NCBI GenBank assembly: GCA_051941275.1
Contig: JAVEBF010000018.1
Coordinates: 1-52,984, forward strand
Direction: 5' to 3'
From: Dirinaria sp. TL-2023a
Taxonomy: Eukaryota
Length of the DNA: 52,984 bases
A program made the position numbers and the translations under genes. This document shows, piece by piece, positions 39,092 to 50,026 of this stretch (positions are counted from its first letter, which is position 1; each line of letters starts with the position of its first letter). The notes below the pieces were generated by a model. That model saw only the letters and a list, made by a program, of their open reading frames with translations, made no database searches and was not told the origin of the DNA.

Positions 39092-39898
39092 CTATTGCTT
39101 GGTCCCAAAGTCTTCAATGTTGGCTCCTGGATTCGGTGTGCTGGTCGCTGGTAATATTTTGACATCTGGCAATTTCTGCAGGCCCTCTGACTGCTCTCCA
39201 TTCTTTCTGCCCGTCTCAAGCTCAACCTTTTGCAAGAAGTCCATCATCATATCCGCCCTGGAGCATATAAAAGCCTCAATGTTATGTCGTGAAGCTCTTA
39301 TGGGTTCATGCGAAACTCTTGCACGTTGCCAAATGAATACCAGTGATTTCCTCAAGCGCTGCTCCAATACCTTCACCCCATCACATGCTTCCCCAGCCTC
39401 ACGACGCCCGAAAGTTTCCTTTATGTTCATCCATAGAGCGATTCTCCACAGTGTATCAGCGCGTGCATTTTCACCTGTCATCTTGTTTGCATGTACCCGA
39501 GAGAAAGCTGCAGAAAGTTTCTGAATTTGACACGCCGTCTGGACCAAGCTTTTGACCACCGCAAGCGTAGTCGTAGCTTTGATTATTCGCTTGTCACCAC
39601 CCTTGCTCGGGTCAAAAAGGTCCCGATTTAGCCAATTGTCGAAGGCTTCCCAGGTGGGGTATTCGGCTTGGATGCTGGAGGTGTTGGAACGGATGTAGCA
39701 AATATAGCGTGGAAAAGGTCTAAGACTGAGTGGCATGTTTGATATGATGGATTCGGTGATTTCAGCGTAGTTCTACTCGAAGATGTAGGCAGTGGCAGGA
39801 GAGGCAAGGAGGACATTGTGAAGAGTGGGAAGCGAGTCGAGGCTGGAGAGTATCAGATTCGGGAGAGGAAGAGGGAGAGTGGCGAATGGATCAGGCAT
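39092..39898 (-). pseudogene. Disrupted gene of an uncharacterised fungal protein with an F-box-like N-terminus
   Basis: MPDPFATLPLPLPNLILSSLDSLPTLHNVLLASP... reaches an in-frame TAG at 39775-39773. The same frame continues (NYAEITESIISNMPLSL... 'TLWRIALW') to a stop at 39094-39092. Degenerate remnants may extend to ~38460. Confidence 0.55.
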
Positions 39899-39956
39899 TT
39901 TGAGGGACGATCGCGGTAGAAGGAATTCAATCGTTTCCAATAAGAGTTTGCTGATG

Positions 39957-39980
39957 GATTGATTGATTGATTGATTGATT
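39957..39980. repeat. (GATT)6 microsatellite
   Basis: Six perfect GATT units. Confidence 0.9.
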
Positions 39981-41629
39981 ACTTCATTAGGCACTCGAAG
40001 CCCGTCCTCAATCTGGACTAGCTATGCGGCCATCAAAACAACCTATCTAGGTACAATTTCTGTATTTAATAACGATGTACTAATGAGTGGTTTCCTCCGG
40101 CACAATCGCCTCGATTCCCTAATCGACGTCTTCTCTGTCACTTCAGAGAGCGTTTCGGTACTCGTGGTTCATTCTGTGTAAACAAGTACAGAAACAACCT
40201 CTAGAACTGAAGCTCTTCCTCAGTCTATTAACATCTTTGTATTCGTAATATCGAGGTCTTCATTTCTTAAATCGTAGTACTCGTGACGTGTTGAATATCG
40301 AGGAGAACTTGCTAGCAGTTTACAAAACATAATACTGTAGCTGATGAAGAATGGCGAATCGAAGAGGATGTTCTCGGCAGTAACAGTATCGATGTCGCTG
40401 AAAGCGGAGTCGCGTGAAACAAGTCGAACTCTTTCTATCTTCTCTCTTGACTTCGTGTCAACGTAAAAACGTCAATCACGCAGAACAATCGACGTTGACG
40501 ACGCGGATTTCGAGTTCAGACGCGTGTAGCAGATCAGGTCACAGTTGTCATCACGAGAACACACTGCTCTCACTATGCCCTCATCGTCAACATAAAGGAG
40601 GATACTTGGCTCTATTGACATTGCAATAGGTTCGTAGCCGGCATCACGTACAGGTGATCCTCATCGCCGGCCTTTGCTGATGGATATTAGAGTAAATTCT
40701 AGATCATCGACAGGTGCTTCCCATTCTATCCTGCCTCGAGATTAATTAGTCATAGCTTACTAATGCATGATTTCCCCCGGCGGTAAACCCCCTGAGCCCC
40801 TTTTCGCTACAGTGTGTAAAATAGTTGTGTAGTGACCACATCACCCTAACTAATGAACCGCGAATGCTCAAGCTCCCGGCGACTTTCATCAATTAAAAGA
40901 TGAGTCGCATGATGCAGCGTCTCTTCCTGGCCAGGGGCGAAATCAAGCTATGCAAAAATTGTGCTCTCTGAATACCACTGAGAAATCTGTCATGAGACTC
41001 GCTTTGCAGGTGAGCCTAAATGCTTTAGCGAACTGACTTCTGGGTGCGGGCATGGCTCCACTGCCCAATGCTTCCCATTAAACCCTTACACAATCAATTC
41101 GCACGCTAAGAAATCATTTTTCAAGCTATGAAAACGTCCACGGGACTCTAGGAAACTATGCTCCCAATAGAGAAAGAAATAGGTTCGATACACATCCTAG
41201 AAATTGACTATTCGGTACGATAGTAGTGTTAAGAATCAAAAAACTTTTTGACTGCTAGGTATCAAGCTCTCTTCTGTGATAGTGTATTGCATTGAAAACC
41301 TTATGTACATGGGAATTGTAAGTCAATCGTGGACTCTTTTGCATTATGCCGCTCTTCGTACGTTGAAACTAGAAGAGATGTGTCACGTATTCTTCCCTCT
41401 TTGACAGGTGACTACTGAAAACCACTTTTGTTGTACAGAGAAGAAGAAATCTATGAGAAAATTGCACTGGTATCCTTGCAGAGTTTGTTATATCTGGACT
41501 CGACTCAGAGAATACCTTCCTTGAGGCTTGTCACTATGCTGAAACGCTATTCTAACGCGCCTGACATGGACTAAGAAAGATGATCACACAATACTTTTGT
41601 TGTCTACTCGTGATCTCGAGTTTATGCTA

Positions 41630-42658
41630 TTAGAATTTGCGTTTCGTGGCTGTAGTCTTTTTTGCATCTGCGGCACTTTGGTCGACGAGGAACTTTTCTA
41701 TAGTAGCGCGTCCGTGAGCCAGCTCTGTTTCGTTCAAGACCCGCGCAGTCTTTTCCCCGATCAACGTTGGTAGGTAAGGGGTATGTTGAACGATTGACGC
41801 AAACACTCCGTAAGTAAAACGGAAGTATCTTTTTTCGGTTTCTTTCGCCAGATCAGAAATACTCTCATAGCTCGAGGTCCAACACTTGGACATAATATCT
41901 CCGAGCTCGACCTCAGTGGTAGAAGGTACAAAACGAGGATCATCAGACACACCCCAATCATACTCTGTCCCGGTGAACAGCTCCCAAAGGGTGTTACCGA
42001 TACCAAACAGATCGTGCTTTGGTCCGCAACAGGTGTCGTACCAGACCCAAGCAGGCGCTACATTGAGCACGGGAACCTCGCCGTAGCGGCTCAACGTGTC
42101 GAAGTCTCCAAGCTTGACCTGTTCTTTGCAGTCGATGAATGTATTAGCTGGTCTGATATCGCAGTGTGCGAGCTTCAAACTTTCAAGGGACGTAGCGGCG
42201 CCGGCAAGCTCTTTTGTCCATCGATACTTTACTTGAAGGTTGATCTGATTTTCTTTGGCCGCAATGATCAGATCTTTGAGATTCGTCAGCATTCGAGGCA
42301 GGAATATGCCTTCCGCTGTAGACATAAAGCTCTGGAGTCTATGTGGATGAGGTGTGGCATCGAGAAATGAGTACCATGTTTTCTCATCTGCTATATTCTC
42401 CCTTGATTGCTTGGCATCAAGGAGGAAGAATGGTGGTATTTTATTGTCAGCCTCAGCTTTGTATCTGTGTGGGGTTTTGAGTACCACAAGATCATTGATG
42501 CGATGAACAAAGCTGCTGCCTCCGTAGCCCAAAAGTGTGTCGTCTGATAAACACTCAAAAGGATCTATATTTGCAATCGACAAATAAGTTGGTCGAATAC
42601 TGTGTATGTTCTGCATTGCTCTGTATTTACGCAACGAGCAATGTGACAATCTTTTCAT
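41630..42658 (-). CDS. Atypical intronless protein kinase-like protein (342 aa; start may be the downstream Met, MQNIH)
   Basis: Gly loop LGYGGSSFV, beta-3 Lys VVLKTP, alphaC 'IADEK', catalytic loop HCDIRPAN, metal motif LGDFD, alphaF 'HDLFGIGNTLWELFTG' and 'IMSKCW'. Confidence 0.85.
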   Translation of the reverse strand: MKRLSHCSLRKYRAMQNIHSIRPTYLSIANIDPFECLSDDTLLGYGGSSFVHRINDLVVLKTPHRYKAEADNKIPPFFLLDAKQSRENIADEKTWYSFLDATPHPHRLQSFMSTAEGIFLPRMLTNLKDLIIAAKENQINLQVKYRWTKELAGAATSLESLKLAHCDIRPANTFIDCKEQVKLGDFDTLSRYGEVPVLNVAPAWVWYDTCCGPKHDLFGIGNTLWELFTGTEYDWGVSDDPRFVPSTTEVELGDIMSKCWTSSYESISDLAKETEKRYFRFTYGVFASIVQHTPYLPTLIGEKTARVLNETELAHGRATIEKFLVDQSAADAKKTTATKRKF

Positions 42659-43862
42659 GAAGCGTCATTTGACCCTCAAAGACACGTCGCCAACATTAAG
42701 ATGGGAGTCTCGTGAAAGAGTCGGCCCGATTCTGTTGCATGATGTTGCTAGCCGTACACACTGTTTGCGAGATAAATAAGACATCAAACGCGTCAAGCCT
42801 CGCGACCTTTTCGAGTTTTGCTTCAAACAGACCGGAGTGATGTTGTTAAGTCGTATTTCACTTGCCGGTTTTAATTGATGGAAATTAGTAAAAGAGACAT
42901 CTTCGACTGCCAAATCCAAGAGGTGTCTTTCGTGAACACTCTCCACATGAAACCTGAAAAACGACATGTGTTGCCATTCCATCCCAGAAGCCAGCTTCCT
43001 TTACCGACACTATCTTTAAACCTCTCTATCAATCCCGGTCACATGTCAAGAAGCAATCAATCGGCCACGGTGACACTCTATGCACTGAAATGAGCAAAGC
43101 CTACATAGATACGCCCTGTGATGACTGTATCCGCGACGGCGTATGGCATCTCCTTTCGAGCGAGTAGAAAGCAGCTAAACGCTGTGAAGCGAATGTATCA
43201 TGACTAGGAATATACACACCATGATTAAACGTGTCCAAGGACTCCCACTCCTCCCAAGAATCAAGTTCCCATGATTGTCAGCGTTTATGCACACAAAATT
43301 TTCTGCTCAATGAGAAGGCAAACATACCTAGATCAGAGACTTGGATTCGCAGATCATCCCAGCCTAGGCTCATAGCTAACCGTTAGATCCTGATTTAGGG
43401 GGTTGTCAAGAGTTGATGCATTGTCACCGAGTAGATGTTGATTCTCTGATTCATAAATGATCTACCGTGATAGCTTTCCTTGTCTTATACAACACTGCAT
43501 GAATATCGTCATTTATATGAACAAAAAAGATGGTATATAGGAGAATCCGGGGAAAGGGGGGTTATTGCGACCGGAATTTATGTTATGAGTATATTTCTTC
43601 GGCCGCTCCATTAGTGACATTGAAAATGCTCTCTTTCCTAGAACGATTTGGTAATGCAAATAGCTCTTGTACATTCTAGCCCGGGATGCAAAGTCTGAAT
43701 TCCCATAAAGCTATGAAGCTAGTACAAGTTGCAATGAATTGCAGAATAAAGACAAGCGTGAATATATCCGTGGAGCTAGCCAGCTAACCATCTGAACGAG
43801 CATAAAATCATCCGCGACATAAGTACTGACACGTGACAGCTGTGAAGAGCTTCTGCATCCTT

Positions 43863-45235
43863 TCAAGCATTTGTAGGCTTCAGTGGACAACCAAAGTCTT
43901 TAAAAATCGGGTTCAGTTTCCCTGCCACCCAGTCCACGACCTGGAGCGGCAGATTTAGCACGCCGCTTAAGCTAGTAGGCGTGGCTTCAGTCGCCAGTTG
44001 ATAGATCAGGCACAGAACATTTTGCTGGGTCGCATCCAGTGCCCCGTTTTTGATCGGGCCAAAGCTCAACGCATCGAAATCTCCTTTCGCGATATTGCCC
44101 CCGAAGAGGACTGGATGTTCACCGTACAGCGATAAAATCTCTACGGCCACGTCGACAAGCGAGTAGGGTGTTTTGCGATTATACCAATTCGGTGGAATCT
44201 GCTCCTTGTTGTTGAACTTCCACCCTCCATTTCCGTCGCTTTCAGCACCAAAGAAGGATTCCATGGTCGCGAGATCGGGGTTTCCTGCATCTCCGAATGA
44301 AGGGAAAAGCTCGTATAGAAACGAGGCTGCGCCAAATATTAAGACACTAATGGGGCCGAAAAAAAAATTGGCGTTGTCGGCTAGGGATTGTTGATAGCGC
44401 TGGTAGCGGTACAATGCTAGGTTGTCCCGGTTGAAGTTGCCTTGACAGGTGTTGGCCATCATGCCGAAGAGCGTACCGTTAAAAGAATGGTCATCCCCAT
44501 TGGCGAGAAAGTAGTCGTTGCGGGTAAGAGACGTATCTTCCTCAAACTTCTATAGGGCTTTTAGTAGTATTCTTACAATGTACTAAACGAACAGGAGTGA
44601 GATGAAATGTAAGGGTAAGGGTAGTAAGGGCCTTTGGATGTCTTTAGGAAGAAAGAAGATTGGAAACAGCTTACATTGTGGCCATTGAGACCAAGTTCAT
44701 CTCCGAGAAGAGATCCTGTAGCAGACGTCCTACTGGTCGCGTCGCATCCGATTGAGAGCTTGCCTGTAACTACATCACCGTCAATGCCCACACCAAGTGT
44801 AGCCAATGTAACAGCAAGATCGTAGCCAACATTATACAAGTTTTGTTGGGCATCAATGAGTTCCGTAAAATTGGTGATGCCGTCATGGCTAAGGAAGTGA
44901 TGGTCGGCCGCCGTGTTTAAGCCAGGACATGGACCACGGATGTCGTTGGGTCCTGCAGCTTCGAAAGCGTGCGCAGTATCGCCATCAGCAGGGACCTTGA
45001 TGCCTCCAATGCCCGTGCCTGGGAGCCCATTCTTTGCTCCTGTATAAGGGTATTTCGAGTCATATGGGGCAGCCCCTTTGTGATTTGAGTTGAAAGGACA
45101 GCTGGATTGACGCCGATGATTGGGTGATCGTTTGGTATTGCGAAGGGCCGACGAGTCGACACCGGGCATCTGGGAAATGAAAGGGAAAGCCGTAGTAGTA
45201 GCCGTCATAACGGCTACCAGTAATAGAAGAAGCAT
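43863..45235 (-). CDS. Secreted heme-thiolate peroxidase (unspecific peroxygenase/chloroperoxidase family, long type), ~415 aa, 2 exons
   Basis: Exons 45235-44675 and 44549-43863. Signal peptide and pro-region ending in KR/RR. Proximal heme ligand motif RGPCPGLN, 'HNKFEEDTSLTRND', 'EQIPPNWYNR' and two C-terminal Cys. Confidence 0.92.
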
Positions 45236-45237
45236 GC

Positions 45238-45270
45238 TTTCACAGTGTTTTCACAGTGTTTTCACAGTGT
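45238..45270. repeat. 11-bp tandem repeat x3 in the peroxidase 5' leader
   Basis: TTTCACAGTGT at 45238, 45249 and 45260, immediately upstream of the minus-strand ATG at 45235. TATAAA on the minus strand at 45353-45348. Confidence 0.9.
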
Positions 45271-47444
45271 GATAGGGCGCTAGTGATAGTAATTAGCAGA
45301 ATGCTGACCTTCAGAACCAACCTACTTTGACACTGAGAATCTGCAGCTTTATAAAGAGATCAGGCGTGGCGATGCCGAGATATGGCCCGATTGGCGGCAG
45401 TGGTCAGAATTCTGGTTGCAACTGAGTTGATCGCGCCTCCAAATGCACTTCGGAGGTAGGACAGAAACTCAGTTCCATGTTTGCACGTAATTCGGATTAC
45501 TGTCATGCCAGTGATTGGACGAAACACCTGCCAGCCGAAGCCATTGGGTAAATGTAAGGAGCGACTCATAATTGAGGATGACGATCGACAGCGCTAATTC
45601 GATTCAGTCCATGAGCCGGAGATGATGCCATTTGCGGAAGCATTGGCTCGTCGGAGGTGCCGAAGTAACGAGACCTAATGAATATCGTTACTGGATTGAG
45701 ATAGCTCAACTCTAGGTACCTAGATACTTAAATTGGTGAGCCACACAGAGGAATTTCCCCACAGGTTTGCTTGTCTCGCTTGCTTTTTCGGGACCAATCA
45801 ATGCTTCGTCGGTGTAAGGAAGATCTCCCCTGCCTGGCTATGTGGCTTTCGAAGCCATATAGTCTAAAAAATCCGTGGATCGAATCGTCAAGTGCAATTT
45901 TCTGCAGCGAGTTCTTGGCTGTGGATTTCACGTAATCTTATTTGTTCCAAGCGTCGGCACCCAGATGCGGGTGCCTACCTCTTAGCTCCAGGGCGGCTCG
46001 AGCGGGCGAGCTCGGGATGTCCCGTGTGTGGTGTGCCCTTGGTGCCGCTGATCAGTTCTCGCCGCGCCAAGCTTTAACGCGAAGCCTGATCCCGGTGCTG
46101 CTCGCTTCAAAGTATGTGGCTACAGTAAGATTCTGTGAGACGTAATAAAGGACCTTCCATTACCTGTGGGGCTCTCTACGCACACAGCTATTTCGTATCT
46201 CGGCCCGAGTTCAAGAGAGAAGCGTCATTCTATGCCAGAGTATTTGACAGAGAGCAGCACGTAACTCAGCAGCTCACCTCCGCTTGGAGCTCGATAAAAT
46301 GAATCGCATACTCCAACACTTTCGGCTGACAATTATCCCAGTAGTCTCATTACACTGCTATCTTTCAGCTGATGGCGCTTGAACAATTGAAAATCATTAT
46401 GAGGCATTGACTCCGACCGGAATTTGGTCCATACGCCTTGGCTGATAGATCACTCCGTGAGTATAGGCCGAAGGCTGAAAAGCTTTGCTAATGATCCTGA
46501 ACCCATCCGCTAAGCCTCCGTAGACCTGCTACTTGACTTAAATGATATGCCGATAGCTTTGACCCGTTTTGTTTGCAATGATGTCAAAAAGATACAAATT
46601 TCTCGTCGTAAGAGACTTCAAACGTTTCCAACTGTGTTCTTGGAGGCAAACTTGGACATAGGACAAGGTTCCATTCCATAACTTTGCAGTAGCAGAGCAA
46701 TCGTAGCAATCTTCTTGAACTAGGAGCATCATCACAAGGACTGACGGTCCTTTACGCAAGAGGCAGCGTTTCCAATGATGGAAGAACATTCAATATATCT
46801 GGTCGGAATGGTTGTTGTCTTGTTCTTTCTGTCAGCGACCAGGCGCAAAATGGGATGACTGCAACTCAAGACTCTCGAATATCAAGCATTGCTGCTGTTG
46901 TTGAGGGTCACTCGAGCCGTGGTTAGCTGGAGGGCCGGTCTCGTTTGCTTGTCACCCGTTTCTCCCCGGCTTCAATTATGCTTGAGCTTTGCGTAGCAAA
47001 AAAGTCCGAGTCAGGGGTTCTTGAACGTCTGTAGTATACCGTCACAAATTCGAGCCTTGGATCATCGAATAAGATAACGCCTTGTGACTATATGTAAGCA
47101 TTTTGTAGAATTAGTAGTCAGGGGATCGTTTAAAGGTTAAAGAATGGCTTGATGGACTGGAAAAGACAACTCATCATACTGGGAATATATCATGATATTA
47201 TAGCCATCGCATGCATTACCGCACATTGACATTTCTATGATTCTATGAGTGGAAGTACTTGGGTTCTAGTATCAATACATGTACAAGATTTCACAACGGT
47301 AAAAGTTGCAGCCAAACCAGTAGCACTAGACTGTGCCCAAGGAATTGTTTCTGATAGAAATTGGGGTTCAGGGGTCAATTTTCGCTTAGAAAGTCCTGAT
47401 AAGATAAGTGTTGTAATTTAAAGGTTAAATAGTGGAATAAAGAA

Positions 47445-47788
47445 GGCTCGGCTACCGGTCCAGGAGCAATGGTCGAGTGGAAAACACCACTGTTTGAAAT
47501 CGAAAGCATCGCCCTTAACCCGGCGTAACCGAGTATGAAAGTAGGCTTCCATTGCACACCGGTCCCATGGGTTGAAAGTCCCTAAAGTAATGACCCCTTC
47601 GGGGTATCCCTTGGCCTACCCTCGAGGGCATGATTAACCAAGCTGATGATGAGATGCTCGCTGCAGACCTCTTCGGATCCCCAACGGGCAAGAGGCACCT
47701 CAGTAAGCCAGTGTGGCCGCACCATCCGTTACTTTTTGCATTTCGAAAGGTTCTGAGTTCGAACCCCCCTGGGACCCAAATCTTTTTT
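47445..47788 (+). ncRNA. Candidate structured non-coding RNA (identity unknown)
   Basis: Many nested helices, a UUCG tetraloop hairpin, A-box-like TGGTCGAGTGG, B-box-like GTTCGAAC and a T6 run at 47783-47788. See findings. Confidence 0.45.
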
Positions 47789-49785
47789 ATTTAGCGAGTT
47801 TTCTCTCAACAACACCCATACCACATCTGCTGGACATTAATTTTATTTTTCCCCCCCACCCCCTTTTTAGCCCAAGCAGACTCTCAAGGGAATTCTCGGT
47901 ATTCCCAAATGCTGTCAAGCACCCCACTCCAAAACCACCCGAACTGACACTTTCTGTGGGCGCGTGAGCATAGCTTGCAACGCATCTTGGGTTGATTCAT
48001 CAACTAGACTTTAACCCTCTTCCATTTTCACAACGCGCGCAATGTACGGTATCCATCCTGGCTGCTCTACAGGGCCAAAGAGATCTTACTCTTAGTTCGC
48101 AGCCATAACGATGGACCAATCAACAACACTGTCGGTCTGAATATGCATCGCACTTGGGCTTTGACATGCGGTTGCAAGACTTCAGTAGGGGAGCTGATTT
48201 GCCCTACGTCCCTTTAGCACTGGCTAATCATTGTCTTCTTCATCTTCTAGCTGCTTGAACTGAGGAGCCTAGAGAGAGCTAGACATCTACAGCCCTTACC
48301 GAGAAGCATTCCAGCGTATCCGCTTGCACGTCGTGCTCATTATACGGCTCAGTATACAAATATTAAGAGAGTTTACCACGTCTTCTTCTCCCGGCAAGAG
48401 ATGCTTTGATACCATCGATCAGTATAAATGCAAGAGAAATCTTCGAAAGTCAGCAAGATGAAGCAGGATGACTGCGATACATAATGCATGGGCCAGAGGA
48501 GGAAGCAACAGACGTGATCTGGAAGAGCGATGGGATGATGGAAGAGACTCACAAAGGTCTCACTGTGCAGCTCAGCCTCCCCGCCCGCAACAAGTGAAAC
48601 CTCGAGGATACATACGGCCTCTCGTTACCGCAGTTTCTATGCGACTACGAAAGGAAACATATTTCTCTGCCATACGAGCCACTTTAGGCACCTGCAAATT
48701 AGCAGAAGCCCATTCATCCGTGGACGAGATGGAGTTCTCACAAGCTTCTTAGTCATCGGGCTTGGCAGGCTTCGAAGGCGCAAGCGCCGGCCTCCCTGAC
48801 GGCGACGTTCCCTTTGCCTCAAGCTGGAAGAAACACTACCTAATTCCTTCTCATCTTCACTACAACACGCAAAGGTCAAAGCGCTTACAAGGCTTGACTA
48901 GCTATGACTGCCCGAGGCTGTGGTTTTCTCAAATTACTGCTCTAAGGAATGGGGAGTTCTAATTGCTGACGCGCACCCCCCGGCTCGCCATAACGATTTT
49001 CTTGGACATACATAGAGCTGGCTAGTCCCTCATTTCTCTATATGGATGAAGGCTGATTACATGGCCTCGATTCAATGACCACAGAAACTGTGCCAAGACC
49101 TTTTTCGACAATTGAACCTTCAGTGCCGAATTCCATTGCATCGTGCACATGCATCATGTGGGAGCTGGAAGCGAACTTCAAGTACTCACGAAAGAAAGTA
49201 GGATTTACATCTGATATGCTCGAAACTGCTAAGCCGTAGAATATGTTTTTATTGGCCTATTTGCTCTAAACCATAGCAGACTCCCATCGGAGTACGGAAC
49301 TAAAGTCGCTAATGATAAATGTGCTTCCGATCTCCAGAATAGATAGGTAACCACTCCCACTAGCAAATTTCTATTCGACAGGCACACTACCCTCCTAAAC
49401 ATAAACAATTCGACCTTCTGACAGTGGCGCTTTGGTGGTAATTCAGTCCATCATCGCTTCGTTGAATCATTTATGCTTAGAAACCCCATTCTGTAAGAAC
49501 AAGGAAATGGACGGATTGAACCCCGAAGCATCAAAAAGCGGGAGACATTGATAGGTGAAAACGAGTAGGGGGACGGCCTCGTGACAGCAAAGTCAGGGTA
49601 GTGTGGCGCTAGAGGGGTTCACTTTAGATGAAGTAATAGCCAAAAGCGCCAATCCCTGACTCATCCGCCAAGAACAGACTCTAAGGGAGCATCCTTCCTC
49701 CCTTCTCACTTCTTTCTTTAGATACCATGAAGCTCTAGTGAGGAAGGCCTGACAGACCTATCGCGACTTACAATCCTGAAATGAG

Positions 49786-50026
49786 ATGTTTCAATGCAAA
49801 TGCTCTCTCCTATTCAAGGCCACTAATGCTGGTCTCGCTCCTCTCTTCTCTTTTCTTCTTTTTTTCCTTTAAGCATTTGTATAGTAAGCATAATTACTCT
49901 AAGAATTTTATTATACCAAAAACCAATTACAATCATTTGCACTTTTGCTTTTGCCTTTCATTGAACACGGTTAGTTTTGCCGCTTGGGGCAAAACTTTGC
50001 CCAAGAAAATGGGGGACAGGCTGGCC
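49786..50026 (+). repeat. Dispersed direct repeat, copy A
   Basis: ATGTTTCAATGCAAATGCTCT...pyrimidine tract...TATAGTAA-N6-TTACTCTA...GGTTAGTTTTGCCGCTTGGGGCAAAACTTTGCCCAA...GCTGGCC. Aligns by eye with 51537-51769 and 52736-52984. Confidence 0.85.

Noticed and set aside
40100..40500. TCGA/CGA-rich, protein-like minus-strand stretch (possible mutated relic)
   Set aside because: No family motif; cannot be distinguished from intergenic DNA by eye.
47643..47748. Hammerhead ribozyme (CTGATGA ... GAAA with flanking stems)
   Set aside because: There is an extra base between CUGAUGA and stem II, no NUH triplet in register before the CTTGG/CCAAG stem, and no stem III partner.
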